Origin: Candidatus Omnitrophota bacterium
GTDB lineage: Bacteria; Omnitrophota; Gorgyraeia; Duberdicusellales; 4484-171
Direction of reading: 5' to 3'
Assembly (NCBI GenBank): GCA_021735655.1
Contig: JAIPGM010000002.1
Location: 32,001-96,000, forward strand
Length of the DNA: 64,000 nucleotides
The translations under genes were made by a program, and so were the position numbers. Numbering within the stretch: position 1 is the stretch's first letter; every line of letters starts with the position of its first letter. The notes below the pieces were generated by a model. That model saw only the letters and a program-made list of their open reading frames with translations, ran no database searches and was not told the origin of the DNA. This document shows, in pieces, positions 45,644 through 55,540 of the stretch.

Positions 45644-46540
45644 ATGAGAAAAAATAATCTTTTCATCGTCGGGATCATTCTTGTTATTTTTCTTTTCTTG
45701 GCTTTATTTTTTGGCTTTAAATTATCTCAAAAACAAAAGTTATTTTATGAGATAAGAGAGGCGATAGCTCAAGAGGCAGAAAAATCAAGCATTAACTATT
45801 CATTGTTTATTAAGGATTTAGCTTTTCCTAGGGTTAATTTAAGCTATCGAGTTAGCGAAAGTATTCCAGCGGCAAGTCTACTAAAAGTGCCAATTTTAGC
45901 TGTAGCTTTTCGGGCCACAGCTGAAGGAAAGGTGACTCTCGATCAGACAGTTGTAATTGAAAAAAAAGATATTACCGGCGGTTCGGGAAAATTAAAGGCA
46001 ATGAGCTTGCCATATAGTTTGACTTTTGTTGAATTGCTTGAATTTATGATTAGCATAAGCGACAACACTGCTACTAATAAGGTGATTAATCTTTTGGGTG
46101 CTGATTATATCAACACAATTTTTAAGGAGCTAAATTTAACTAGCACAAGCTTAAGTCGAAAGATGATGGATTTTTCAAGGCGATCTCAGGGTGTTGAAAA
46201 TTATACCAGCGCTGCCGATATCGGACTTATTTTAGAGAAGATTTATGATCGAAAATTAGTCAATAGGGAGTTTTCTGATATAGCGATGGATCTTTTAAAA
46301 AATCAGAAGGTTAACGATCGCATCCCGCGCTATTTACCAGACGAGGCTATTGTTGCTCATAAGACTGGGCTAGAACGGGGAGTTGTCCATGATGCTGGTA
46401 TTGTTTTCTCTCCGGCCGGGGATTACATAATATGTGTATTGGTTGAAGGCGAGAAAGATTATCGCAAGGCTAAGAAATTCATTGCTCAAAGTTCACTACT
46501 GGCGTATAATTTATATAGTAAAAATAAGAATAAAAAATAG
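45644..46540 (+). CDS. class A beta-lactamase family serine hydrolase (membrane-anchored)
   Basis: Start at ATG 45644 (MRKNNLF). The track ORF starts earlier and overlaps the transporter. Motifs S-L-L-K (SxxK), ISDNTA (SDN), and HKTG (KTG) are present in canonical order. Confidence 0.6.
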   Translation: MRKNNLFIVGIILVIFLFLALFFGFKLSQKQKLFYEIREAIAQEAEKSSINYSLFIKDLAFPRVNLSYRVSESIPAASLLKVPILAVAFRATAEGKVTLDQTVVIEKKDITGGSGKLKAMSLPYSLTFVELLEFMISISDNTATNKVINLLGADYINTIFKELNLTSTSLSRKMMDFSRRSQGVENYTSAADIGLILEKIYDRKLVNREFSDIAMDLLKNQKVNDRIPRYLPDEAIVAHKTGLERGVVHDAGIVFSPAGDYIICVLVEGEKDYRKAKKFIAQSSLLAYNLYSKNKNKK

Positions 46541-46562
46541 TTAATTTTATTGGGGCAAAGAA

Positions 46563-47237
46563 ATGGAAATTATTTCGGCTGTCTTACCAGTTATAATAAT
46601 TATTGTAATATTTTTCTTGGTTGTTCGAATAGCGACCGCGGTTTTAAAGCTTACTGGGATGGATGAAAAAACTGCTCGCTTTCAGGCGATTTCGGCTTTT
46701 ACTGGAACTGGATTTACTACTAAGGAGGCTGAAACGATTTTAGAAGACCAGATGCGCAGAAAGACTATTTCAGTTCTTATGATTCTTGGTAAGGTTGGAA
46801 TCGTATCGGTTATTGCCGGTTTATTTTTTTCCTTCGGTAAAGGTGATGTTGTTACTGATGTTTGGAAGGCGATAATACTTCTCATATTTATTTTTATTCT
46901 TTATAAGCTAACTAGCTTAAAGTCTTTTAGCCGGGCCTTAAATAAGTTTATTGAAAAAAGAATTGTGGCCCGGGGGATTACCCAGCAAAAGACTTTAGAA
47001 GAATTATTTCATCTTCCTAAGGGTTATGGTTTGGCTCAGCTTACCGTGGTTGAGGGCAGCAAGGAAAATGGCCTCAGTTTAGCTGAAGCCGGGTTCATTA
47101 AGAAAGATATTTTAGTTTTGTCTATCGAGAGAAAAAATAGGCTTATTTCCTTTCCTCATGCTCAGGATTTAATTAAAGAAGGGGATCGGCTTCTTTGTTA
47201 TGGGTTAATAAAGAATATAAAGGTCTATGCGGCTTAA
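46563..47237 (+). CDS. ion-channel-like membrane protein with C-terminal TrkA-C (RCK_C) domain
   Basis: Two TM helices flank a pore-like SAFTGTGFTT segment. The C-terminus (..GDRLLCYGL..) resembles RCK_C regulatory domains. Confidence 0.4.
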   Translation: MEIISAVLPVIIIIVIFFLVVRIATAVLKLTGMDEKTARFQAISAFTGTGFTTKEAETILEDQMRRKTISVLMILGKVGIVSVIAGLFFSFGKGDVVTDVWKAIILLIFIFILYKLTSLKSFSRALNKFIEKRIVARGITQQKTLEELFHLPKGYGLAQLTVVEGSKENGLSLAEAGFIKKDILVLSIERKNRLISFPHAQDLIKEGDRLLCYGLIKNIKVYAA

Positions 47238-47269
47238 ATTTTGCTACATTTTTAAAGGAGGTCAATGGT

Positions 47270-47728
47270 ATGGTTGTTTCTAACTATTTAAAAGAGCAAT
47301 ATTGTTTAATCGGGTTAGTGTCTCAGGATAAAAAAAGCGTAATTACTGAAATAGCTGACAAGCTAGCGGCAAGTGGCAAGCTCATTGATAAAGAAAAATT
47401 CGTCAATGATGTTGTTGAAAGAGAAGAGCTTGGTTCTACTGGCATTGGCAAAAAGGTTGCTATTCCTCATGCTCGTACCAGTTCGGTTAAAGGCTTTATC
47501 ATTGGTTTTGGAAAGTCTGAAGCGGGAATTGATTTTTCAGCTTTAGATGGAGACAAAGTCAATTTGGTTTTTCTGATGGGGGCAGATCCGAGTGAATTAA
47601 ATCTTTATTTGAGAATTTTAGCTGAGCTTTCTAAATTGTTGATGAATAATTCTTTTCGCGAAGAACTTATTTTAGCCAAAAATCCGAAAGAAGTTATTGC
47701 AACGATTAAGAAATTCGAGAGAGTTTAA
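47270..47728 (+). CDS. ptsN: PTS EIIA (fructose/nitrogen-type, PtsN-like) regulatory protein
   Basis: Start at ATG 47270 after an AGGAGG RBS. The track ORF is 5'-extended. ..IPHARTS.VKGFIIGFG..GIDF.ALDG..V.LVFLM.. EIIA-2 motifs with the active His. Confidence 0.7.
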   Translation: MVVSNYLKEQYCLIGLVSQDKKSVITEIADKLAASGKLIDKEKFVNDVVEREELGSTGIGKKVAIPHARTSSVKGFIIGFGKSEAGIDFSALDGDKVNLVFLMGADPSELNLYLRILAELSKLLMNNSFREELILAKNPKEVIATIKKFERV

Positions 47729-47765
47729 ATTTAGCTAAGTTAGCTTAAAGAGATAGGGAGCTATT

Positions 47766-48236
47766 ATGGAAATAAAAGTGTCCGAAATCGTTAAAAAAGA
47801 TATTATAAAAGTTAAACGTTCAATGTCTCTGCGGAAACTTCTTAATCTATTTAAGGAGTTTCATACCCATCCTTTAATTCCGGTTGTCAATGACCAGGAT
47901 GAGTTGATTGGTGTTGTTTACCCGGAGAATATGCTTGATCTTCTCAGGCCAGCCCAGGCAAAACTATTTCGAAATATCCCGTTTATGGAGATCGATGAAG
48001 ACGTTTTTGACTTAGATCCGGTCCCGGCTATGGGCGATTTGTTGATTGTTGATGACATTATGGACACTAATGTTATATCAATAAAAGATCAGAGTCTTCT
48101 TAATGATGCTTATGCTGCTATGCGTCGGCATAAACGCGATCGCCTGCCAGTGGTTGATGCTCAAGGAAAAATCGTCGGCATCATAGGTGTTTTTGATATC
48201 ATTTGGAGAATGTTTAAAGAAAAAGAAATTGTTTAA
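47766..48236 (+). CDS. CBS-domain pair protein
   Basis: Two CBS motifs (..HPLIPVVNDQDELIGVV.., ..DRLPVVDAQGKIVGII..). Confidence 0.65.
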   Translation: MEIKVSEIVKKDIIKVKRSMSLRKLLNLFKEFHTHPLIPVVNDQDELIGVVYPENMLDLLRPAQAKLFRNIPFMEIDEDVFDLDPVPAMGDLLIVDDIMDTNVISIKDQSLLNDAYAAMRRHKRDRLPVVDAQGKIVGIIGVFDIIWRMFKEKEIV

Positions 48237-48247
48237 AAGATTTAAAT

Positions 48248-49441
48248 ATGGTCAACAATCCGATTCTAAGCCTAGCGATTGTTTTCATCCTAGGCTTTTT
48301 TGCTTCCCGTCTGGCTAAGAAGTTAAAAATACCTACCATTACTGCTTATGTTATTCTAGGTATATTGTTTTCGCCGAGTTTATTGAATCTGTTATCTAAG
48401 AACTTACTTGAGGCGTCAGGGTTTTTTTCTAATGTAGTTTTAGGGATGATTGCTTTTAGCTTGGGTGAAAGTTTCTCACTTGGAACTTTGAGACGGGTAG
48501 GTAGGGCGGTTACTGGAATTTCAATAAGCGCTTCAGTTGTCCCTTGGTTTTTAGTTACCTTGGCGGTAAGGTTTATTTTTAATCAGCCATTCTCGGTAGC
48601 TTTGATATTTGGAGCGATTGCTGCAGCTACTGCTCCGGCAGCTGTAGTAATGGTAACTCAGGAATATAAGAGTAAAGGAGATTTTACTGACACTCTTTTA
48701 GGGGTTGTGGCCATAGATGATGCTTGGGCTTTAATGATTTTTGGATTTTCATTAGCCTTAGCTAAAACTTCTTTAAACGGCAATGGTTCAGCTTTGCATG
48801 TAATTAAAGATGTCGGTTGGGCATCTTTAGAAATAGCCGGATCTTTAGGGGTGGGGGCTTTAGTTGCGGTAATTTTTGGTGCGCTTTCTAAGTTTGTCAA
48901 TACGATGAAAGACCGATTGATCTATACTTTAGGTTTTCTATTTTTTGCAATCGGGGTCTCAATGTTTTTTCATCTGTCGGTTCTTTTGTCTTGTATATTC
49001 TTTGGGGCGATGTTGACGAATACTAACCGGATTAGTTTTGAATTTTTTAATTCCTTACGCGAGATAGATTCACCGTTGTATTTAATATTTTTTGTTTTAG
49101 CCGGTGCCAGTTTAAAAATCAGTGTTTTAGGCACGGCGATATCTTTAACCATTGGTTACATTGTTTTTAGGTCTTTAGGTAAAATTATCGGTGCCTTTTT
49201 GGGGGCGAAGATTATCGATACTTCTTTAATTATAAAAAAGTATATGGGGATAGCTTTAATACCTCAGGCCGGAGTAGCTTTGGCTTGTGCCCTTGTGGCT
49301 AAAGATGCTATTGGTGGTAGTTGGGGCGATAAAATTCTTACGATAACTATTGCTAGTACAGTTATTTTTGAACTTATTGGTCCTTGGGCGACAAAATTTG
49401 CTTTAGTTAGGTCTGGAGAAATACAGGAGCAAGAAATATGA
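48248..49441 (+). CDS. cation:proton antiporter (Na+/H+ exchanger family)
   Basis: 397 aa, about 11-12 TM. CPA-family conserved segments, no RCK domain. Confidence 0.6.
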   Translation: MVNNPILSLAIVFILGFFASRLAKKLKIPTITAYVILGILFSPSLLNLLSKNLLEASGFFSNVVLGMIAFSLGESFSLGTLRRVGRAVTGISISASVVPWFLVTLAVRFIFNQPFSVALIFGAIAAATAPAAVVMVTQEYKSKGDFTDTLLGVVAIDDAWALMIFGFSLALAKTSLNGNGSALHVIKDVGWASLEIAGSLGVGALVAVIFGALSKFVNTMKDRLIYTLGFLFFAIGVSMFFHLSVLLSCIFFGAMLTNTNRISFEFFNSLREIDSPLYLIFFVLAGASLKISVLGTAISLTIGYIVFRSLGKIIGAFLGAKIIDTSLIIKKYMGIALIPQAGVALACALVAKDAIGGSWGDKILTITIASTVIFELIGPWATKFALVRSGEIQEQEI

Positions 49442-50670
49442 GTACGATTCTTAAAGATGATGTATTGGCTTTTGTTTTAGCCGGGGGTAGAGGCGAGCGG
49501 TTGTTTCCTCTAACCGAAGAAAGAACAAAACCATCGGTTCCTTTTGGTGGTAAGTATAGAATAATTGACTTTGCGTTAAGTAATCTAGTCAACTCTGGTG
49601 TTTATTCAATTTACGTTTTGGTGCAGTATAAGTCACAATCGCTGATTGAGCATATAAGAACTAGTTGGCGTAAACCAGGAGTTTTACCGAAACATTTTAT
49701 AACTGTAGTTCCGCCGCAAATGCGTAAGGATGCCGTAAGTGAGTGGTATCGAGGGACAGCTGACGCCATTTATCACAATATTAATCTTATTTATGATTTT
49801 AAACCACGTCATGTTGTTATTTTGGGCGGTGATCATATTTATCGGATGAATATAAAGGCAATGCTTGATTATCATATTCGTAAAAAAGCTCAATGTACGG
49901 TTGCGGCAATTCCAATTCAGGCTAATCAAGCCTATGAGTTTGGCGTGGCCGACGTTGATAAAAATTTTCAGGTTAAAAAATTCAAAGAAAAACCGGCGCT
50001 TTCAAGCGATAAAGCGGTCTTTGCTTCAATGGGAAACTATATATTCAATACAGATCTTTTAATTGATTTTCTTAATGAAGGGGCGAGAAAAAATACTCTG
50101 CATGATTTTGGTCAAGATGCAATACCCTATCTAGCTAGAAAAAAACGCGGAGTTTATGCCTATGATTTTTCAAAAAATAAGATCCCATCCCTGGGCCGGC
50201 ATGAAGCTTCTTATTATTGGAAAGATGTAGGTTCAGTTTATTCTTATTGGCAGGCGAATATGGATTTGTTAGGTCGGCATCCGGTTCTTGATCTTGATAA
50301 CCGACAGTGGCCGATATATACTTCTAATTTTGACTGCCCACCGGCTTATACTATTGGTTCGACAATAGAAAACTCTTTACTTTGCGAAGGGGTTAAAGTT
50401 TATGGTTCAACGATTAGGAATTCGATTCTTGGGCGTTCAGTTAAAATAGATGATGGTTGTTTGATTGAAGATTCAATAGTCATGGATTTTACACATATTA
50501 AGAAGACATCTTCTATCAAGCGGTCAATTGTTGATCGTTTTAATACTATACCGGCTGGAACAAAGATTGGTTATGATTCTCGGGGAGATTCAAAAAAATA
50601 CCATCTTGATTCTTCAGGTATCGTAGTTGTAAAGAGAGGGTCTCGCAACGTGTCTTATGTTGGTTTATAG
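49438..50670 (+). CDS. glgC: glucose-1-phosphate adenylyltransferase
   Basis: LAGGRGERLFPLTEERTKPSVPFGGKYRIIDFALSN motif and a left-handed beta-helix C-terminus. Confidence 0.88.
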   Translation: MSTILKDDVLAFVLAGGRGERLFPLTEERTKPSVPFGGKYRIIDFALSNLVNSGVYSIYVLVQYKSQSLIEHIRTSWRKPGVLPKHFITVVPPQMRKDAVSEWYRGTADAIYHNINLIYDFKPRHVVILGGDHIYRMNIKAMLDYHIRKKAQCTVAAIPIQANQAYEFGVADVDKNFQVKKFKEKPALSSDKAVFASMGNYIFNTDLLIDFLNEGARKNTLHDFGQDAIPYLARKKRGVYAYDFSKNKIPSLGRHEASYYWKDVGSVYSYWQANMDLLGRHPVLDLDNRQWPIYTSNFDCPPAYTIGSTIENSLLCEGVKVYGSTIRNSILGRSVKIDDGCLIEDSIVMDFTHIKKTSSIKRSIVDRFNTIPAGTKIGYDSRGDSKKYHLDSSGIVVVKRGSRNVSYVGL

Positions 50671-50681
50671 GTGCTAGTTTT

Positions 50682-51224
50682 ATGGATGTTTTCGAAGCAA
50701 TAAAAACAAGGCGGAGTATTCGTAGTTATCAACAGGATCCGATTGAGGAAGAGAAACTACAAATTATTCTTGAGGCTGGTCGGTGGGCTCCTTCAGCTTC
50801 AAACCGACAAGAGTGGCGCTTTATTGTTGTTAGAGATAAAGCTAGGAGAGAAGCGCTTTCAGTGGCTGCCAAGAATCAGATTTTCGTAAAAGAAGCGCCG
50901 GTGGTTATAGCTTGCTGTGCTGAGACGGATGGTCACCTGATGACTTGTGGTCAAGCCTGTTATCCAATCGATATAGCCATTGCAATCGATCATATGACTT
51001 TGGCTGCGGTTGAACTAGGTTTAGGTACTTGCTGGGTAGGGGCTTTCTATCCTGATCAAGTGAGGGCTATCCTTAGCATTCCCGAAGATATAAAAATAGT
51101 TGAGCTGCTTACTTTGGGATATCCTAAAACAAGCCCTTTCGGTCCTCATGATCGTTTAGCGATTGATAAAATAGTTTTTTCTGAAAAATGGGGTAATTTT
51201 TATAGGCCCACCGAGCACTTTTAG
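50682..51224 (+). CDS. nitroreductase-family protein
   Basis: ..RRSIRSY....E....IL.A.RWAPSA.N.Q.WRF.VV.. nitroreductase fold signature. Confidence 0.75.
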   Translation: MDVFEAIKTRRSIRSYQQDPIEEEKLQIILEAGRWAPSASNRQEWRFIVVRDKARREALSVAAKNQIFVKEAPVVIACCAETDGHLMTCGQACYPIDIAIAIDHMTLAAVELGLGTCWVGAFYPDQVRAILSIPEDIKIVELLTLGYPKTSPFGPHDRLAIDKIVFSEKWGNFYRPTEHF

Positions 51225-51343
51225 TTCCATTTTACTTGCTTCAAAAAGCTTTATTTAGTCTCAATCTTTTACTTTTGATTGTAGGGTCCAAGTGGTATAA
51301 TCGATAATAATTATAGGATTATTGTTTAAACAGAGGTAACTCT

Positions 51344-52696
51344 ATGTTGCGGCGAGGGTTAGTTAAAAAAATTGAGCGTTTGATTGAGGAAAAGAAATAC
51401 TCTGGTATAAAGAGTTTGCTTCCGCGTCACCCTGAGGATATCGCTGAGCTTATCAGTCAGTTTTCAATTCCTGCTCACAAACTTTTTGTCTTCCGTTTAG
51501 TTCCCTACAGTAAGGCTGTCGACGTTTTTGAGTATCTATCAACCGAAGAAGAAGAGGATATGCTTAAAACTTTAAGCAGTCAAGAAATTCGGGATATTCT
51601 TAATGAGATGTCTCCTGACGATAGAACTGAGTTATTTGAAGAGGTACCGGCAGAGTTGGCCAAGCGATTTATTAACTTATTGTCGCCTGAGGAGCGTAAA
51701 GTTGCCGTTGAGTTTCTTAATTATCCTTCGGAGTCAGTAGGCCGTCTAGTTACTCCGGATTTTGTACAGTTGTACGAAAGTATGACTGTAGCTGAAGCTC
51801 TTTCTCATATTCGCGAGGTAGGTATTGAAAAGGAAACTGTCTACCATTGTTATGTTTTAGATAATCAGAAGCGCTTAATTGGCATAGTTTCTTTAAAGAA
51901 GCTAGTGCTTTCAAATCCCGAGACTAGAATTTCTGAAATAATGTTTAATAAAGATGTAATTAAAGTAACCGCTTCAACCGATAAAGAAGTTGCGGCTAAT
52001 ATTTTTAAGCGTTACGATCTTTTAGTTCTTCCAGTTGTCGACCATAATGATAAGTTGCTAGGTATAGTTACCTTTGATGACTTGGTTGATGTTTTAGAAG
52101 AGGAGGCAACCGAAGACTTTGAAAGAATCGCAGCGGTCGTTCCAGTTGAAAAGCCTTATTTAGAGGCTAATTTCTTTGAGTTGCTTTGGAAGCGAAGTTT
52201 TTGGCTGATCGTGTTGGTAGTTCTCGAATCAACCTCAAGCCTAGTTATGAAGAATTATGGTGGAGTTATCCAACGTTGGATAGCCTTAAGTTTTTTTCTT
52301 CCGGTTCTTATTGCCACTGGTGGAAATGCCGGCATGCAGTCAGCAATGATGATTATTAGAGGCTTAACTATTGGTGATATCAAGGTTAAGGATTTTTTTA
52401 GGGTCGTTTTCAGGGAATCTCTGCTTGGTCTTTCAATCGGATTGATTCTTGCTTTAGTAGGTTTGGCTCGGGTTTTCATTCAAGAAGGAGGAGATTGGCT
52501 GTTAAGCATTTCAGTCGGAGTAGCCATGGGTATTACGGTTATGTTCGCGGCAGTTATCGGGGCATCGCTTCCGATTATTTTTAGAAAGTTAAAGCTCGAT
52601 CCGGCCCTTATGAGTGGACCTTTAATTACAACTATCGTTGATGTTGTCGGAGTTTTTATTTATTTTGAAATAGCCCGCTTGATATTAGGATTATGA
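51344..52696 (+). CDS. mgtE: magnesium transporter MgtE
   Basis: MgtE N-domain, tandem CBS, and a C-terminal 5-TM domain with the GGNAGMQS motif. Confidence 0.9.
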   Translation: MLRRGLVKKIERLIEEKKYSGIKSLLPRHPEDIAELISQFSIPAHKLFVFRLVPYSKAVDVFEYLSTEEEEDMLKTLSSQEIRDILNEMSPDDRTELFEEVPAELAKRFINLLSPEERKVAVEFLNYPSESVGRLVTPDFVQLYESMTVAEALSHIREVGIEKETVYHCYVLDNQKRLIGIVSLKKLVLSNPETRISEIMFNKDVIKVTASTDKEVAANIFKRYDLLVLPVVDHNDKLLGIVTFDDLVDVLEEEATEDFERIAAVVPVEKPYLEANFFELLWKRSFWLIVLVVLESTSSLVMKNYGGVIQRWIALSFFLPVLIATGGNAGMQSAMMIIRGLTIGDIKVKDFFRVVFRESLLGLSIGLILALVGLARVFIQEGGDWLLSISVGVAMGITVMFAAVIGASLPIIFRKLKLDPALMSGPLITTIVDVVGVFIYFEIARLILGL

Positions 52697-53727
52697 CCAG
52701 AAAAGCAGCTGCTTGTTTTTTATTTTTAATCTGTTCGGTTTTGGTTGGTTGCGCAACAACTCATTACAAAGGTTCTCAGAGGTACGTTTCAATTTGCGAT
52801 TACATTGAATTAGAGAGTTTTTGTAAAAAGCATAATTTTACTTATAGCTTCGATACTATTGATGATGTCATTCACTTAAACTCAAACGATAAAGAGATAA
52901 AGCTTCTTTTAAACTCACCAGTCGTGGTTAAGAATGGTTCTTTTTTTCAGCTTAAGAGTCCGCCTTTGTATCGTAACGGTAAGATTTTGCTTCCGCCTCA
53001 GCTCACAAAGCTTATTTCTAAAGGCCCGGCAGTTTCCTTTAAACCGACATTTCAGCTAAAGACAATTGTTATTGATCCTGGGCATGGCGGAAAAGATCCA
53101 GGAGCTATTTCTAGGAGTGGCATGCAAGAGAAAAAAATAAATCTTATCGTTGCTGACTATTTAAAACAAGAGCTTGAGAGGCAAGGTTTTAAGGTGGTTA
53201 TGAGTCGTTCTCGCGACACATACCTTACCTTGGCTGAACGTACTGGGGTTGCTAAAAGTCACAATGCCGATCTTTTCGTAAGTATTCATGCTAATTCCAA
53301 TCGGTCATCGAGTGTTAACGGTACTGAAATATACTATTTGTCGCCTTCTCGCTTGAACAGTCGAGAGAGAGCTTTGCGACTAGCTAAGTCAGAAAATTTT
53401 TACGGTAAGTCCTTGAGTCCGGATACTAAAACGATTCTTTGGGACCTTTTGATTGCCAAGAATTATGCTCTTTCAGTTGAGTTTTCTAATATTCTTCATT
53501 TTACTTTCAAAAATTTGGGATTTAAGGTTGCATCGCCCAAGCAGGCTTCGTTTTATGTATTGCGTTTTGCTTATGTTCCGTCAGTTTTAGTTGAGATTGG
53601 GTATTTGAGCAATAGCTATGAGGAAAAAGCTCTTAGGAAAAAGCATTATCAGAAACAGTTAGCTCAAGCTATAGCATTAGGGATAACCTCTTTGAATAAA
53701 CGTTATTCTGAAAACCCAAAGAATTAA
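52693..53727 (+). CDS. N-acetylmuramoyl-L-alanine amidase (AmiC-like lipoprotein)
   Basis: Lipobox LVGC. The Amidase_3 domain has DPGHGGKDPGA and ..SIHANS.. zinc ligands. Confidence 0.8.
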   Translation: MTRKAAACFLFLICSVLVGCATTHYKGSQRYVSICDYIELESFCKKHNFTYSFDTIDDVIHLNSNDKEIKLLLNSPVVVKNGSFFQLKSPPLYRNGKILLPPQLTKLISKGPAVSFKPTFQLKTIVIDPGHGGKDPGAISRSGMQEKKINLIVADYLKQELERQGFKVVMSRSRDTYLTLAERTGVAKSHNADLFVSIHANSNRSSSVNGTEIYYLSPSRLNSRERALRLAKSENFYGKSLSPDTKTILWDLLIAKNYALSVEFSNILHFTFKNLGFKVASPKQASFYVLRFAYVPSVLVEIGYLSNSYEEKALRKKHYQKQLAQAIALGITSLNKRYSENPKN

Positions 53728-53728
53728 C

Positions 53729-54520
53729 ATGAATAAACGACCAATCGGTATTTTTGATTCGGGAGTTGGTGGGCTTACGGTTTTAAGAGAAATCGAACGC
53801 GCTTTGCCAGGTGAGAATTTAGTTTATTTTGGTGATACGGCCAGGGTTCCTTATGGCAATAAATCAAGATCAACAGTAATAAAGTTTAGTCGTCAGAGCG
53901 TTAAGTTTCTTTTGAGTAAAAAGGTTAAAGCGATAGTCGTTGCTTGTAATACCTCTTCGGCCTTGGCTTTGGATAATTTAAAGGTTAGCTTTAAAATACC
54001 GATTGTTGGGGTTATTGAAGCCGGGGTTAAGAAGGCAATCACGGCTTCAACTAATAATAAAATTGCGGTTATTGGAACAAAATCGACAATTGCCAGCAGA
54101 AGTTATGAAAAAGAGATCACTAAAAGAGATTCTCAGGTGAAAGTCTATTCTCAAAGTTGTCCTTTATTTGTTCCTTTGGCTGAAGAAGGCATATTAAGGG
54201 GTAAAATAGTAAACGATATAATAAAGATGTACTTAGGAAAGATTAAAGCAAAGAAAGTCGGGGTAGTAATTTTAGGTTGTACGCACTACCCGTTATTAAA
54301 AGCCGAAATTTCTAAATATTTAAAAGGCGTCACAGTGATTGATTCAGCTCGAGCAGTAGCTTTATATACTAAAGAATTGCTGGCAAACAAGCGATTACTT
54401 AATTCTGGCCGAGGAGCAAGAAAAGAGTTCTACGTTTCTGATCAACCGGCTAGTTTTAGTAAATCAGCAAAGTTATTTCTAAAGCGAGAGATAACAAAAC
54501 CAAGGATAGCAAATGCATAA
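53729..54520 (+). CDS. murI: glutamate racemase
   Basis: IGIFDSGVGGLTV and ..ACNTSS.. / GCTHYP catalytic Cys motifs. Confidence 0.88.
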   Translation: MNKRPIGIFDSGVGGLTVLREIERALPGENLVYFGDTARVPYGNKSRSTVIKFSRQSVKFLLSKKVKAIVVACNTSSALALDNLKVSFKIPIVGVIEAGVKKAITASTNNKIAVIGTKSTIASRSYEKEITKRDSQVKVYSQSCPLFVPLAEEGILRGKIVNDIIKMYLGKIKAKKVGVVILGCTHYPLLKAEISKYLKGVTVIDSARAVALYTKELLANKRLLNSGRGARKEFYVSDQPASFSKSAKLFLKREITKPRIANA

Positions 54521-54881
54521 AGTAAAGATAACAAGTCGTTTCAGTTCGGCCCATTTTTTACGTAATTATAAGGGTAAGTGCGAGAATCTTCATGGTCATA
54601 ATTGGAAGGTGGAGGTCGTAGTTTCCGGTGAAGAGTTAAATTCTTTAGGGATGGTTATTGATTTTTCAGATTTAAAGAAACTTACTAAGTCGGTATTGGA
54701 TGAATTAGACCATAAAAATCTTAACGATTTAGAATATTTCAAAAAAAATAATCCTAGCTCTGAAGAAATTGCTAAGTATGTATTTATTGAGCTAGAACCG
54801 GTCATATCAGCTAAGGGTTGCATTCTTGATGAGATACGGGTTTGGGAAACAGATAATTCTTGTGCAATATATCAAGGATGA
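54513..54881 (+). CDS. queD: 6-carboxy-5,6,7,8-tetrahydropterin synthase
   Basis: ..FSSAHFLRNYKGKCENLHGHNWKVEV.. QueD/PTPS motifs. Confidence 0.85.
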   Translation: MHKVKITSRFSSAHFLRNYKGKCENLHGHNWKVEVVVSGEELNSLGMVIDFSDLKKLTKSVLDELDHKNLNDLEYFKKNNPSSEEIAKYVFIELEPVISAKGCILDEIRVWETDNSCAIYQG

Positions 54882-55540
54882 AAAAAGCGGTAGTTCTTTT
54901 ATCCGGAGGTATTGACTCAGTAACCACTCTTTATTATGCTAAAAGAAAAGGCTACAAACTAACTGCTTTAATTTTTGATTATAAGCAAAGACATAGAAAA
55001 GAGATTGGGTTTGCTAAAAGAGTAGCCCGGCTTAACAGAATCGATTATTTTGTTCAAAGAATAGATTTATCTTGGACTAAATCGAGCCTGACTAATAAGA
55101 AAATAAAAGTTCCTTCAAGGCGTAATCTAAAAAGTAAAAGTATACCCTTAACTTATGTCGCTGGAAGGAATATAATTTTTTTAACTTATGCTTTTTCTTT
55201 GGCTGAAAGTATTGGGGCGAAGTCGGTATTAATCGGCGCACATATCCAGGATTATTCTGGCTATCCGGATTGCAGGCCCGATTTCTTAGAGGCTTACGGT
55301 CGCGCGATAAACAAAGGACTTAAAGATAAGGGAATTAAGTTGGTTGCGCCGTTGATAAATAAGGATAAAAAAAGTATTATTAGACTGGGCTTAAAGCTTA
55401 AGGTTCCTTTTAACTATACTTGGTCTTGTTACGGGGGTAATAAACGGCCTTGTGAAAGTTGTGATAGCTGCCGTTTTAGAATCAAGGCTTTTAGAGACTT
55501 GGGCTTAATTGATCCAGGTCTGGTTAAGGTGGCCAATTGA
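54860..55540 (+). CDS. queC: 7-cyano-7-deazaguanine synthase
   Basis: VLLSGGIDS PP-loop and a C-terminal zinc-binding CxxC...C..C cluster. Confidence 0.88.
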   Translation: MCNISRMKKAVVLLSGGIDSVTTLYYAKRKGYKLTALIFDYKQRHRKEIGFAKRVARLNRIDYFVQRIDLSWTKSSLTNKKIKVPSRRNLKSKSIPLTYVAGRNIIFLTYAFSLAESIGAKSVLIGAHIQDYSGYPDCRPDFLEAYGRAINKGLKDKGIKLVAPLINKDKKSIIRLGLKLKVPFNYTWSCYGGNKRPCESCDSCRFRIKAFRDLGLIDPGLVKVAN

